DNA of 64,000 nt from Amoebidium appalachense (GCA_963693365.1 CAVNZM010000002.1:17517615-17581614), one strand, 5' to 3'; counted from the first letter of the stretch, positions 1 through 15,265 are shown. Numbers and translations: made by a program. The notes: generated by a model not told the origin, from the letters alone.

Positions 1-43
1 ACACCCCAAAAAATAAAAAAGGGAAGAGAAGTAATACCCTAAT

Positions 44-74
<31 letters not shown>

Positions 75-432
75 ACACACACACACAAAAGAAAGAAAAA
101 AAAAAGGGGGGGGGGGGGGGGGGGGGTGAAGAACAGGGATTTTGGAAGAGGGGAAGAACAGGGATTTTTATCGAATGGAGCTGGAGGGGAAAAAAAGGAA
201 AAGTGCAGTGTTGTTTCTAACTAGAGACGAATCTGGAAGCAGCCCTCCCCCCCCCCCCCCCCCCCTCCCCCTCCCCCCGGCGCACCCTTCCTCCCCCCAG
301 TCCTCCCTGAGTCCTTGCAAAAGAACCGGGGGACAAAACGACAATCCGCCCTCTCTCCTTCCCCCCTCCGCCCTGTGCAGTCCGCATGCAGTTGGTCAGT
401 GTGTGAGCAACAACACGAGCACACTGGCATAC

Positions 433-1685
<1,253 letters not shown>

Positions 1686-2199
1686 CCTGTCGAGGATGCT
1701 GGGGTAGGCGGCCCACCAAGCAGAAAGATAGTTGTTTCTATGTGTGATGGCTAGAAGATGCAGCGGTAAAATAGCGCAGCTGGCCGCCACCATAAGTGCA
1801 AGGGGAGAATGAGCTCGGCGTGAGCTTGACTCTGAGATACGAACGGGCGGAGGAGCTCGAGGAGGTGGGGGTGAAACCACAGGGCAGTGGGCGAAACTTA
1901 GCTACTACTAGAGAGAAGGGGGGGGTATGATTGGAGGGGGGGGTGTTCAGCTAACCTTATATGGATAAAGCAAAGTTACAAGGATTCAAGCCATTGGTTG
2001 GGCAAGACCCCTTTTGCCGAATATGGATAACAGATCATACACTGCTGTAGGCGGCGGTCAGGAATTGGCGCGCTCTTTACTGGTCACAACCAGTCCGGGA
2101 AGGCCATGAGCAGCATTGCCGAGCACACTGGAATACGGGAATGTTTGCGGTAACGTAGTCGCACTAGGGGGGCAGGGGGCCAGGCCCCAAGTGTTTAAA

Positions 2200-3596
2200 A
2201 TGAAGCCAGGCTGCCCTAAGGGCACAACACAGCGCCCTGGGCATAAAACAGGCGGAGCTAGGGAGGGAGCTGGGCGCAAAAAAAAAAGATGCTGCATTTG
2301 TTCAGCCTTTAGCGAACTTTGCAGGTTTTGGGACGGCAAACAAAGCTGTTTTGCAGGAACTAAACGTAAACGTACAACCCGAACAGCCCCCTCTATCTAA
2401 GGCCGCCGACATAAGGGCCCGTGTAGTTGAGGCAGGTAGCGTCCATTCGTTACCAAGAGAAATGGATCGGGCCCCTGCTCCACACCCACCAGACATACAG
2501 GTGCAACCCGACGAGGAACCTTTGCTAAATGCAGCAGCAGATGCGTACCGGGTAGACGAGGATGAAGGGGAGGAAGAGGGAGAAGATAATACGGACGGGG
2601 ATGACGGTGGAGAGGAGTTTTCTGACGCGGCGGGCGAAACAATCAAGTCGCACCTGCACACAGTGAAAGAGAGTCTCAAAGATGAGAAGACGCCTGTGGG
2701 GTGGCATCTTCCACCTCCCATTATAGGCTTTAAATTTGGGGGCGATCCAGCGCCTTTCTACAAACCCAGATGTTTTGCCTGGCTTCCGGAAAGGTTGTCT
2801 CCCGGTTTCATGGTGCCGTGCCCCTTCGATGATCACTACGTGGACCCCCACAACCACCCCAACCCACACCGTACTTCTCGCAATGGGTTCATGAGCAACC
2901 CCGTAGGACGGCGTGTTATCGACTTTGACAGCTGCTACTACATTATCACGGCCCGGTACTTTTGTGACACATGCAAAAAAAACTTTGCCGGCACAAACCC
3001 CCAGACAATTAAACGCCTTCCACTCTTCATGCGTGATCAGTTTCCGGCCTACCTTAGCCACCGCAGTGGGCTCGACCTAAAGGTGGTAACATTGTTGCGT
3101 GCACTGGCAGACAAAGGTGTGGGCCCAAACGCCTTTGCCACCCTCCTCTCGGAGCTCCACAAGCAGCGATACGACGAGCAGCGGCTCCTGTATTACTCGA
3201 GGGCGCTGCATTGGACCAAGTATGAACTCAAAAAGCGTAACGATTTCCGCCCCCACGACCAGCGCCTGACAGAACTTCCCCCAGAGGAGCAGGCGGCTAA
3301 GTTCTCGGCGTTTGGTGACAAAAATGGTTACGCTGGACATGTGCCTTCAGGCAAGTGTGCACTGCATTTTGGGTGTGTAAATGGTCCCCATTGTTTTGTA
3401 TGCACGTGCTTGGGCATTTTTTGGGTTGGCTTGGTAGGGTTTTGTCTTATTATTTTTTATTTTTTTTTTTAGGGGGGGGGGGGGACTTGGAAATGGGTTT
3501 TGGAAGTGTGGTCAATAAGTTTCTATTATGGTGGTGGTGGATGTGTGGTGGTGGATGTGCGCCTGTGAGTGTGCGTGTACTTGTGGGTCCGTGTGT

Positions 3597-3627
<31 letters not shown>

Positions 3628-3893
3628 GGGGGGGGGGGGAGGGGGGACATGGTGATGGATTAGGTGGTGGTGGTGGCAATCAGTCATGGTGGTGGTGGTG
3701 GTGGTGGTGGTGGGGGGGGGGGGGGGGGGGGGGGGGGGGAGGGGGGGCAGAGGGATCATCAGAGGGGTGAAAGCATAACGGTCCATGTACCAGTGAGTGT
3801 GCTTGGGAAATCGTGGAGAACTGTTATGCCTGAGATGAGATGGTGGGTGTGCGCATGTGTGTCTGTGTGTGTTGGGGGAAAGGAGGTGGAGAG

Positions 3894-3936
<43 letters not shown>

Positions 3937-4123
3937 GGGGGGGGGGCACATGGTGGTAGACTGGATCTTGGTGGCGGTACTTAATGGTTATTATAGTAGT
4001 GGCAGGAGGGTGTGGGGGGAAGGGCAAACGGACGTGCAGGGGACAAACTGCAGATGGGGCACAAAGGGGAAAGAAGGTGAAAGTTGGTGCAATGACTTGG
4101 AGGGTTTGCGCGCGCCGGGGAGG

Positions 4124-4165
<42 letters not shown>

Positions 4166-4594
4166 AACGGCCGGAGATGGGTGTGTAGCGTTTTTGAGAT
4201 GGGAAAAGCCATACAGACTTACGAAAATACAGAGAGGTGAGATGAACACGAGGGACTAGAGGGAATGGGGGGGATGGTCCTGATGGGAGGGTGGTGGAGT
4301 TCTAACAGTACTTGGGGTTCAGGCAAATACCTGAGTGCCGTGTATACTGAGTTCAGCGACCGCACGGCAAAGTACCAGAGCCTGGACACGCAGCTCAAGC
4401 CCGTAAACAACGTGCTCAAGGCCGACCACACCTTCCAAATTGGGAAGCTCACCGGCATCAATGGGGAGCCTCTGTACCGAGGCCTATGGACTTGTGTAAA
4501 CGAGCTTGGCGGTGTGTGGTCCCTCCTCTTCTCCCCCCTCCCCCCACTCTCCCCCAGGCCCCCTTCCCCCCTCCTCCCCCCCCCCACACACGCC

Positions 4595-4625
<31 letters not shown>

Positions 4626-4850
4626 GCCCCCCTCCCCCCCTCCCCCCTCCCCCCTCTAGGGCCTTTAAATCTCTTAGGCTCCACATTTAATGAGGTGGCA
4701 CACTGTGAGTAGAGGTTTGTAGTATGTGGGTTTTGGGGACAATTCTTGCCCTGTCGAGCAAAAACTAGGAAGCTCCAGATATGTGTGTATGTGTTTTTGC
4801 TGGGTAGAGATTGGGGTGGGCTGGGGTGGAGCTTTCTTTTGGCGGGGAAT

Positions 4851-4919
<69 letters not shown>

Positions 4920-6412
4920 AGCTTCTGCCAAGCAGAATGGGAGTAGGGGCCAGTGATTGCAAGGGATGCAGGGGGGGGGGGGGGGGGGGGAGAGACACCA
5001 CCGTCGGGGTTGAAGGTAGAGAGGGCAAGAGGCCCGGGGTGGGGTGGGGGGGGGGGGGGGGGGGGGACAGTAGGTGCCATATGGAGGGCTGTCCCATGGT
5101 TTGGGGGGAGGGGGAGTGGGGAAGGATCGTGGGCACATGGGTTTGGGGGGAAGGCAGAGAGGGGGAAAGGATTGTGATCACAAGGGTTTAGGGGGAGGAA
5201 GGGGGAAGGATTGTAGGTACATGGGTTTAGGGGGGAGGGGGGGGGGGGAAGATTTTGGGGGAAAGGGAGGCCTGGGGAAAGTATGTGGGCACATGGGTTT
5301 GGGGGGAAGGAGGGGGAAGGGTTTTGGGGGAGAGGGGAGGGGAAAGTATGTGGGCACATGGGTTTGGGGGGAGGGAGGGGGAAAGGATTGTGTGGGCACT
5401 GAAGTCTCGTGAAGGGCCATGTGGTAAGGGAAGCTAGAACATGCATGGCTGCTCGGAGATGCCCTCTCACACAGTGCGGCACCCCAGAGATCCGGGCGCA
5501 GGTATTTACACGGGACTGCAGCCACCAGGAGATTGAGCCCGTGATCCAGCGCATCTCTGCCACCACGGCGGCGCTCAACAGCAAGGGCCCGGCCTTCTTC
5601 TACACAGATCGGTGCTGCCAAGACCGGGCGTTTGTTGAGCGCATGTTTCCAACCCTAGCCCGGCCAAAATGCCCCGTCCGTCTGAACGAGGCTGCGCTGG
5701 TAAGCGTGACGGACGGTCTGCCTGGGCTGGAGCTGCCGGCCAACTACCCTAAGCCGGTGTACACCGACTGCCAGGGGGCGGTGGTGGCTACAGCGGCCAT
5801 TCGTGCCGACCTGGAGGGGCAGCAGCACCGCGTGGTGGGGCTGGACTGCGAGTGGGTCTATCGGGTGGGCCAGGCGCGGTCCAAGGTTTGCACGCTGCAG
5901 ATTGCCACCGCACGGGCCGTGTACATCTTCCACTTGGCACGCATGGGCCCCAACCACAGCCCGCCCGCGCGGCTGGTGGACGAGCTGATTGCGCTGCTTA
6001 GGGACCCCAGCATCATCAAGGTGGGCAAGCAGATCGGCACGGACTCGGCCCACCTCAACAAGGACTACGGCACCCCTGTGGCCAGCTATCTGGAGCTGGG
6101 CCGGTTCTGCTATGCCCGTGCAGCTATCACCTCTGCGGCCCGGGGCTTGGCCGACATCACTGCCCAGGTCATAGGCAAGAAGCTGCCCAAGCCGGCACTT
6201 GTTCGATGCTCCAACTGGCACGAGCCGCTATCAGAGGTGCAGGCCACCTACGCTGCCCTTGATGCATATGCGTCCCTGCAGGTCTACTCGGCCGTGGTCG
6301 ATAGGCCAAACCTGTCAGGTGTGTATCCCACCTGCTTTTTGCCCCAGTGCTTATGTGCTTATGCCAGATATAGAAAGATTGTGGGCCCCCCAGAGGAGAG
6401 GGGAGGGGGGAG

Positions 6413-6447
<35 letters not shown>

Positions 6448-7623
6448 GGCTGACCACATGGGCCAGTGTTCCAGTTGTGTTATTCTGGGTGTCGGGTGGC
6501 TATCAAAGGAGGGGGTGATTGGTGGTGGTGGTGGTGGTGGTGGGGGGGGGGGGGGGGGGGGGGGGGGGGGGCTATAGCACTGTTAACACGTGCAAGTGCC
6601 ACACAAGCTGGGCACTGGGAGAGGGGGGGGGGGGGGAGGGAGAAGGGGGGGGGGGGGGGGGGGGGGGGGGAGAAGGGGGTTGCTAAGGAATATGCATTTG
6701 ATTTTTGTGGAGCGAAGAGAAAAACGTTGGTGCTGTGGCTTTTTGGCTGAGTTTTTTGCTTCCCTCTATGACATGCAGCGCGGCTTCATGCAAAGGCACT
6801 CGGTGAAGGGGTTGAGATTGTGCCCCGGCGGGGCCCACATGCTGCAGCAGCCACCGGGGTGGTGCTGGCTGTGCAGCCGGAGCGCTGGGGGGGCATGAAG
6901 GTGGGCAAGAAGCATGCAGTGGTGCGGGTGGATCAGGTGCTGTCGCCGGCCATGCAGGTGCCCTTTGGCCCCGACAAGGGCAAGACCCTGGGAGAGCTGG
7001 GCCCGCCGCCCTTTGAGCTGATGGTGCACCTGCAGTGGCTACGGCCCATTCAGCCCCCACCGGACCCAGGTGCCGAGGTGCCGGTGGTCCCTGACCCAGC
7101 CCCTCCCCCTGCCAGTCCTCCCCCTGCCGAGCAGCAGCAACCCCTTGCCGGCCCACAGGCACCCCCCCAGGACCCCCAGGCAGCCCCGGGGGGCCTTGAG
7201 GCAGCCCCAGGGGGACCCGAGGCAGCTCCCAGAGAGGGCATGTTGGGCCAGGCACCGCCTGGGGAGGTGGTGTGGCAGACTGTGCTGAATGACGCCTTCC
7301 ACTCCATTGCAAACACGGCGGACGGCACGTACAAGTCACACCCCCGCAGGGCTGAGTACGCACGCGCACTCAGCGAGGCAATATTTGTGTGGAATGAAGA
7401 GGATTACGGACATGTGAAGGTGCCCCCCCCCCCTCCCCCCCCCCCAAAATAAAAAATAAAAAATAAAAATAAAAAAAACGGCAACAACAACATGCGTGAC
7501 TGACGCGCACACACACATACACTCGTTAGCACACACTCACCATTCCACCCACAACCATGCACACCTTCGACAAAACTTCTGAGGGAAGAGAGAGAGCCTG
7601 AGCCTCAGAGAGAGGGGGGGCAA

Positions 7624-7691
<68 letters not shown>

Positions 7692-8259
7692 GGGGAGAGT
7701 GGGGGTTATTCATATGCCTAGAGAGAAATAATGTAGGGTTGTGGGGGGAAATAGCCACATGCATTTTTTACTTGTGTTGGGGGAGAAGATGGGGGGGGGT
7801 GGAGGGGAGGGGTCCTACAATAACGGCAGGTATCAAAGTCTACCAAACCCAAATTGCAGTGTGCGTAGTAAATTAATATTGGCATCCTGCCTCACAGGGG
7901 GTGCTGGAGCAGAAGGGCATCGACATTGAAACCGAGCTCAAGGGCGGCGACCTGAGCTACTTCATGGAGCGCATCCGGCGGGTTATTCCCGACCCATACA
8001 CGCTGGTCTCGCGGCTGGTGGAGTTCAAAAACACCTACAAGGATGTGCCGCCCGGACCGGATGGCAAGCCTCTGTTCAAGAAGGATGGCTTTGAAAGACT
8101 CGAGGCAACATCCCCCCCCCCCCCCCCCCCTCCCCCTGCAGGCGCCCAACAACTCCACCACCACAGAAAAGATTCTTCGCTTATTTGTCATCCTTGGTTC
8201 ATCTGCACACACACGCACACCCTAGCCTCCCCCCCCCCCCCCCCCCCCCCCCCAAACAT

Positions 8260-8331
<72 letters not shown>

Positions 8332-8403
8332 CCCGCACGGCCCTTGCTGCCTAGCCAGTTGTTTTTTGCCTTTCCCTGCTCGTTTTTTTCCTTAGCAACC
8401 CCA

Positions 8404-8449
<46 letters not shown>

Positions 8450-10118
8450 ACACACATACACACACACTACCACCACCACCACCCACCCATCTCTCTGATG
8501 TTTGCTTGTGCCCCCACAGTCGCTGCTCGAACACGCCCAAAATGGCTGTCTGTCGGACCCCCCCGGCCTGCCCCTCTACTACGAGACCACTGCCGACGCA
8601 GATGGGCTCATGCGCTACCGCTGCATCCGGGGCACCAACGAGGTGGAGGGGGCAGTGCACAACCCCCTGGCCACCCACTTTGGGGCCACACGCATGTCGC
8701 TGCGCCTGCTGGACGCCACCATGTCCAATAGGCGCCACCGCCACAACCTGCGTGCACACTACCGCAACCGCCTGGGCCAGGCATCGGGGCCCCCCCACTA
8801 CAGCCCCTGGATTGTTGACGACATGGAGGCACTGGCGCTGATGCTGTACGGCCATCACCTCGACCCCCAGTGGGTACCCGTAGGCTGCTACAAGCTACCG
8901 GAGGAGTACTTCAACTTTGCCCCGCTCTCCTGTGTGGCCAATGCCCCGGCGCAGGAGCCAGTTGCGGTGCCCGCACCCCCACCTCCGTCTGATAACATCG
9001 AGCCTGCAGCCAATGGCGTGATGGGCGGGCCAGAGGACTGTGAGGTCGAGGAGGGTGACGGTGCTGCCATGGGGGGGGGCAACCAGGTGGCGCGTGGTGC
9101 ACCACAGCCGGACCCTGCACTGAGGGGCGACTACAAGTTCCTGGCGCAGAAGCAACATGTGGCCATCCCCTTCCTTCCGGTGCTTACCCCTCAGGAGCGC
9201 AAGCTATTCAGCACGCTGCTCCTGGGCACCTACAAGGCACATGCAAAGCCCAACGGCCAGCTGTTCGAGGCTTTGGCCCAAGACTTCAACAAGGCTGCCT
9301 CTGTGGCTGGGGGAATCTACATGAAGGATGCGGCCTACATCAAGAAGCATTTCGACAAGTGGAAGACCTGGCAGACGGCACATGCACAGCGCTCCACACA
9401 CGAGGGCCTGGCAGATCACCGCAAGCGTATGCGCGAGGAGAGGGCAGACGCTGTGCCAGCAACCATACGGCCTGCCCCCTTGCCACCCCTCCCTGTTCCA
9501 GACGGTGTCGATGCAGGGGCGCAGCGTGAGCGGCCCTTGCCCATGCTAGTGGGCAAAAAGCATCGCAACATTGGCCCTGAGGGGCCCCTGCAGATGGATT
9601 TGCCGGTGCCCCCTCCTATGCAGCCACCCCAGAGAGCCCCCAAGACCTGCAAGACGTGTGGCCGCCAGGGCAAGGGCTGCCCCGGCTCCAATCGGGCCAA
9701 GAGCTGCCCACGTTGGGTTGCAGCCAATCAGGATGCCATGCCACCAGCACCCGCGCTTGACATGCAGCAGGGCCATGTGCCGCACATGCCCCCTGCACCC
9801 CATCCAGGCCCGCACCACCCACATGGCTGGCCCCCACCGTGGGGCATCATGCCGCCTCAGCCCGGCCCTGCCTTCCCCATGCCTGGGCTACTGCCGCAGC
9901 ACGGTCCCCATCCTTACTTGGGCCATGTGGGCCAGCCCTCGGCTGGTGGGCAGTTCCCACCCCCTTCTCGTGCATCTGCTGTGCTGGGCCTGGCGTTGCC
10001 ACCTGCTGGAGAGACGCAGCTGCAATGGCACGATCGAAAGCAAAGTAATCGTGGCCGCAAGTCTGCAGGCAGCCAATCAGGATCTCAGAGTAGTCAGAGT
10101 AGCCAAACTAGTGTCTAA
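2200..10118 (+). CDS. ~1,538-aa DUF6729-like / Mutator-like DDE transposase-type protein with embedded 3'-5' exonuclease. Exons 2200-3350, 4323-4511, 5488-6318, 6779-7419, 7898-8104, 8520-10118; one 1-nt frameshift in A10 at 2278-2287
   Basis: All five introns join in phase (VPSG/KYL, NELG/EIRAQ, NLS/ARL, HVK/GVLE, RLE/SLLE). Motifs in order: GGAREGAGRKK basic hook; PCP...RRVIDFDSCYYIITARYFCDTC Cys domain; LKADHTF (D1, 4424); FYTDRCC (D2, 5607); exonuclease; NDAFH (7291); YRCIRGTNEVEGAVH (E, 8646); LPVLTPQERKLF helical domain; CKTC-x6-C-x8-C Zn finger; Pro-rich tail. Confidence 0.8.
5095..5400 (+). repeat. Degenerate ~40-bp G-rich minisatellite (core GGAAGGATTGTGGGCACATGGGTTTGGGGG), about 7 units, in intron 2 of the transposase-like gene
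   Basis: The CACATGGGTTT(G/A)GGGG core and close variants recur at about 5095, 5134, 5179, 5219, 5290 and 5355. Confidence 0.8.
5830..6295 (+). other. DnaQ-like DEDDy 3'-5' exonuclease domain (WRN-exo/RNase D type) within exon 3
   Basis: ExoI VVGLDCEW, LQIAT, ExoII KVGKQIGTDSAHL and ExoIII SNWHEPLSEVQATYAALDAYASL are present, with all four acidic residues and the Tyr. Confidence 0.92.
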
Positions 10119-10203
10119 TATTGGAATGTACACCAATGTAACGGATCTCATATGTGTTGTAGTGCTTCAAGTTATACCTGTTCTTCGTACAGTCATGTTA
10201 GGG

Positions 10204-10244
<41 letters not shown>

Positions 10245-10547
10245 CTAGCTTTCATTCCGAAGTTTACTGTAAAGAATTAAAATTTAGAATCTGAGTAATA
10301 GTACAGAGCCTTTGCACTTTTCTCTGTTTGTTAGGAATTCTTTGTGATCGAGAGTATGGTGTGTTAGACTATTGGTGTTAATGTGTCCTGGAAGGTGTAT
10401 AATGTCTGCTGGCCGTAGTCAGTATCTATTTTTAGGTATATAGTATATTTTTAAATGTTGGCCGCTGGCCAATAAATAGCAAATAATAAACACACGATAA
10501 AGTCAACAGCGTGCCAAAAAACTAATCCCCAGCGAGCGCACCCAGTG

Positions 10548-10570
10548 ATGTGTGTGTGTGTGTGTGTGTC

Positions 10571-10639
<69 letters not shown>

Positions 10640-10770
10640 CGCGCGTGCGTGCGTGTGTGTGTGTGTGTGTGTGCGTGCGTGCGTGCGTGTGTGCGTGTGT
10701 GCGTGTGTGCGTGTGTGTGTGTGAGTGTGTGTGTGTGTGTGTGTATGTGTGGTGTGGTGTGTGCGCGGCT
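10548..10770. repeat. (GT)n/(GC)n/(GTGC)n microsatellite
   Basis: Directly visible. Confidence 0.95.
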
Positions 10771-11967
10771 TGTACATATGTACGTGTTCATGTGCACCTG
10801 TGTCGGACCTACGAAGTACATGAAAGTAAATTTTGACAGCATCGATCTGCCGGTGTGTATGTGTATGTGTGCCAGTGCAGCAGGTGTGCCTTGTAACTGA
10901 TAGCTTCGCATTTTACGTGTGTGTATATATAGTAGTACGCATAGACACTTGCTGATCATTCGGATCGACATTAATATTTAATCTGTCGGTCCTCGGTTTT
11001 TTGAGTGAATGATGATCAAGTGTAAGAGCATTCACTTGGCAAGTATTAATGTTGCAGAGGCTAGCTGCAGCTGCAAGCGTCGGATGCACACTGACAATTG
11101 TCTTTTCAGCGAGTCTAACCTGCAGGCAGCAGCTGCACACATATAGGGTTGTTATCTTGCGGCACATGCACGGTGATCATTTCAGAGTAATAGAGTTCAG
11201 AGCAATGAAAATAATGAAAATAACTAAACTTTGTGACTACTTTAAAGTTGCTGAGATCATACGTGGTGCAAGCTGCACTATGAACACATGTATAGTGCTA
11301 GTAATTAATACATTTTTGTTGCCTTCTGCAGGGTTATCGTAGCTACGTCACGGCCTGCACTCAGGGGGGGGGGGGGGGAGGGGGGGGGGAGAGGGGGGGA
11401 TGATTCGAAGGGGGTATAAATAAGAACATGCACCTAAAGGTCTTTCCCGTGGATCCTCCCCCCCCTCCCCCCCCCCCACCTCTCCCTCCCCCGGGGCCCC
11501 ATACTATGATATCTAGGCCCAATATTATATGCCCCCTTCCCCCCCCCCCCCCCCTCCCTCTCCGGATCCCCGGACCCCACTTCCCTACCCGGAGGCTCAA
11601 GAGCTCCCCCCTTCCCCTTCCCCCCCCCTCCCCCCCCCCCCCCCCAAGGCTTACGGGGGCCCTTCTTCATCGAGGGGGAGGGGGTGGGGGTGGGGGGGGT
11701 GGGGGGAGGGGGTGGGGGGGAGGGGAAGTGGAAGGCGGGGGTGGATGCATGTCAGCCTAGGTGAATTCAATTGTTTAACTCCAGTGTGCAGGACTGGTCT
11801 GAAGGCTTAAGAAAACAACGAGGAAATGGGGTCCAGTGGAGGTGGTGGTGGTGTTCTGTGTGTGTGTGTACACGTGCACGTATGTGTGTGGTTTTTTTAA
11901 GGGGTGAGTGGTGGTGGTGGTGGTGGTGGTGGTCACCGTGGTGGTGGTGTGTGTGTCTGGTGTGTGT

Positions 11968-12016
<49 letters not shown>

Positions 12017-13904
12017 TAGAAAGAAAAACTGCTCGTGGGTCACTGTTTTTCGTCACTGTATTTGTAACGGGCCGCTCATATTTATATAACTACTTTAATT
12101 TAAGTACACGTGTTCATTATCATATACGATGGCCAAATATAGAAATTTTGGCGTCGAAGTTCTTGGAGCTAAAAAAACGTTTAAAAGGGGGAAATAATAG
12201 CTTGGCCCCAAATTTACCTTGCCGTTTTTAGCGAATGTATTTTTTATTCATGAGTTCTAGTGATTCAGTGAGTGCACGTGCCTGCCTCAGGCTGATCATG
12301 ACAACTGCAACACACCATTCCTACATGGATATCAACCAAAAGAAAATAGTATATACTGTGGTGGTCTCCTAAACCTTGTGCGGCATGCGCATACATGATA
12401 TTACAGTGACGCATGTGCATATTATTGTTCTGTACACCGGAGTGTGCCGGTGCACGTGGCTGTTTTGTGCACATGTTACAATAGCAGCACGATCTCCCTA
12501 AACTCCATGTTTACAAATCCCTCACCCTGGCTCTGCCTTGTCGGTGCTCCAAAACACACATACAAATCCCCCTAGACTCAGTGCCTGCACATGGTCGCAT
12601 TCACGTGCAGGTCACGTGACACATGCGATGCCATACTGCCGTCTACAGCAACAACCACGGCAGCATGTATACCGGCCCAGCACGAGATATACTTATCGGC
12701 AGCCCACTGAACTCGCCCATTTTCTCTTTTTCATGTATGTCCCTCCTTTTTTGTAAAATCACCCTTTTTGGCCTCCCGGTAGTGGATTTTGCAGGATTTG
12801 ACTTCTTTGAGGTCCAAAAACCTCAAATTTTCCCCGGCGGGGCCGGGGAGGGAGAATTCAAAAATTGCCCGCTCCTGATATGGTACCCGGGCCGATTGAA
12901 GGACCTCGGTCTGTGTGACGTCATGGATTGTCATGGTTTTACGCAAATTGAGTTTTGGCGCGAAATATTTGTGTGTGCGAGTGACCTCGAGACGAGTGCG
13001 GCTTCAGCAGGCTTATCCATGATATTTTGTGGGCCTTTTATTTTGCCAACTTTTATTGTTTTCAACCGATGTAGGTGTCAATATGTATGCGCTTCGGAGA
13101 CAGGAGGAAGGGTTAGCCAACAGTGAGCAAAATAATTTTTCACGCGGGTCACTGCAGCGCCAAGTCTGGAGGAATATATATATATATATATATATATACG
13201 GTGGCACGCCTATCGGCCAACAGTGGTCTGTTTCCTTTTCAGTGTCACAAGAATGGCTCATGTACCGGTCAGAAGCTGTAAATTGCAAACACCTTTCATA
13301 TGTATGTGCTACCTTTGTGTCAATTACAATTGCAAACTGCGCTTCGGGTGACCTGGAATGCACAGGATACTCTCTAGTCTAACTGAGGCGAAGAATTCAG
13401 CCGACGCCATGCATGTGTGCCTGGTGCATGCAAACGGCAGAAGTGATTTGCCAGCCCGGAAGTAGAGCAAGGTGTGGCACAGTGCTAGTGCCTACTAAGA
13501 CAGACAACATTCATTGTCGACACGTCACAAGTATAGTGCGGAGGTGGCGGGTGGCAGCAGAGCGCACACAAGCCGGGCACTGGCCGAGTATGAAGGCAAG
13601 AGAGATATTGTGCTTATTATGTAGGGCAGTTGAGCCCGGGGGGGACGACGGGGTAGAAGGAGGGAATACGCTTAGACTGGCCTGCTGTTAGGGACTTTCA
13701 GCCTGCTCCTATGTAGTGCCCCTGGCTTCCAAAAGAGGGTGTGTGTGGTACGTGAGTGAATCCCTGCAATATTATACGATCAGGTTGCCTCCCACTGCGT
13801 ATACCAACAATTACATTAAATATAGTTTTCAACGACAGCCTGGCAGTGTTCAGTTCATAGCCTCCAATAGACTCTAAAAAAATTTTGGCGGGCAGGGCGG
13901 GGGA

Positions 13905-13950
<46 letters not shown>

Positions 13951-15265
13951 GGTTGTTCGCTTCAAAGCTTCAAAGCTCCAGAAGCTCAGTAAGAAAGTAT
14001 GAGACTCCACCCTTAGCGACTATGATATAGAACCCATGAGCAATTGTTTTACGTCTCAGGTAACGGGAAACTCGAGCTCGAAGTACTCAAGACTTGGCTT
14101 CAGGTGAGTACTAGCAACATCGTGGTAGCCCCCTTGCACTGACTTTAGGGTTTACAAGGTGAACATGTATGTTGGGAACTTAATGAGTACTGCCTTTCGT
14201 GTGCGTCCATCTCTTACTGCGTTTTTCAGCACGTCCACACGCTAGACAAGGATCACCTGCGGTGCGGTGCTTTACGTTCTGGCACACTCAGTACTCGATA
14301 CCTTGCCAGGTTACAGCCATAACCAGCCGTAATAATTGGGAACGGTTTTGCTTGACTCGGCTGTCGTGCTCTCAGCATGACAAACGGGAGATGCTGAGTG
14401 GTATGGCAGGCAGCACAGCACAGTTACGACTCGGAGGACGGATCCGTCGACCAGCTGCTACTCAGACACGAACGGTACACAGACTGACACTCAGGCTACT
14501 ACCGCCTTTTAGGCTGTCACGGTGGAATTCTTTGCTGTTCAGCCAAAGCCTCGCATGCGACGGCGGGCACCTCAGGGCACTACAGTAGTGTAGTGCTGTC
14601 GATGCAAGCCCAGTTTTGCCACACTTGAATGGTCGAGACAGAACAGAGTGCATGCAGTATGCATACCCTTTGCAAATTTGATGAAGACCGTCGATGCATG
14701 GATCATCACAACAAGTCCGCTTGGGGCCAGCCAGCATGCAGGCCTTGTGTACCGTACTTGACTCCGAGAGTTCAGTTGGCGGGAACAGGGCCATAAATTC
14801 ATTCCTAAATTCCAGGAAAGGTGTTCAAAGTGTTTGTTCAAAGTATTTTGATGCTAGATCCCATACTATTCGGAACAGTGGTTTTATAGAGCTGTCGGTG
14901 CCAAAAATTATGAGAATAGAGCGGTCATATTGGGGGCTACCTACCCAACCCAGCTATATTCAACCACCAAGTCACATCATAGTTCAAATTGCACACCCTG
15001 GATGACAGCCTCTCGTTGGTATGATGATTGGCTCTCCCCGCACACAAAAGTATTCGAAGGGTGCCGATACGCATTTTTATTGGCTGAAAAGTGCCATTGT
15101 GACATTGAGACACGAAACGAGATCTAAAAATATGCCACCCAGCAACTAATTAACCAGGGAATTACAAGTTTGCAAATTAGACACCCGCCCTACAGACATT
15201 TTAGATCCTATAAACCCCTTGTTTGTCAAATGTTGTATTCACGCACTTGACTTCCTTATCGCTGG

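Noticed and set aside
13390-14800. Coding-like composition suggesting a decayed gene
   Set aside because: Multiple stops in every frame and no recognisable motif, so no call can be supported.
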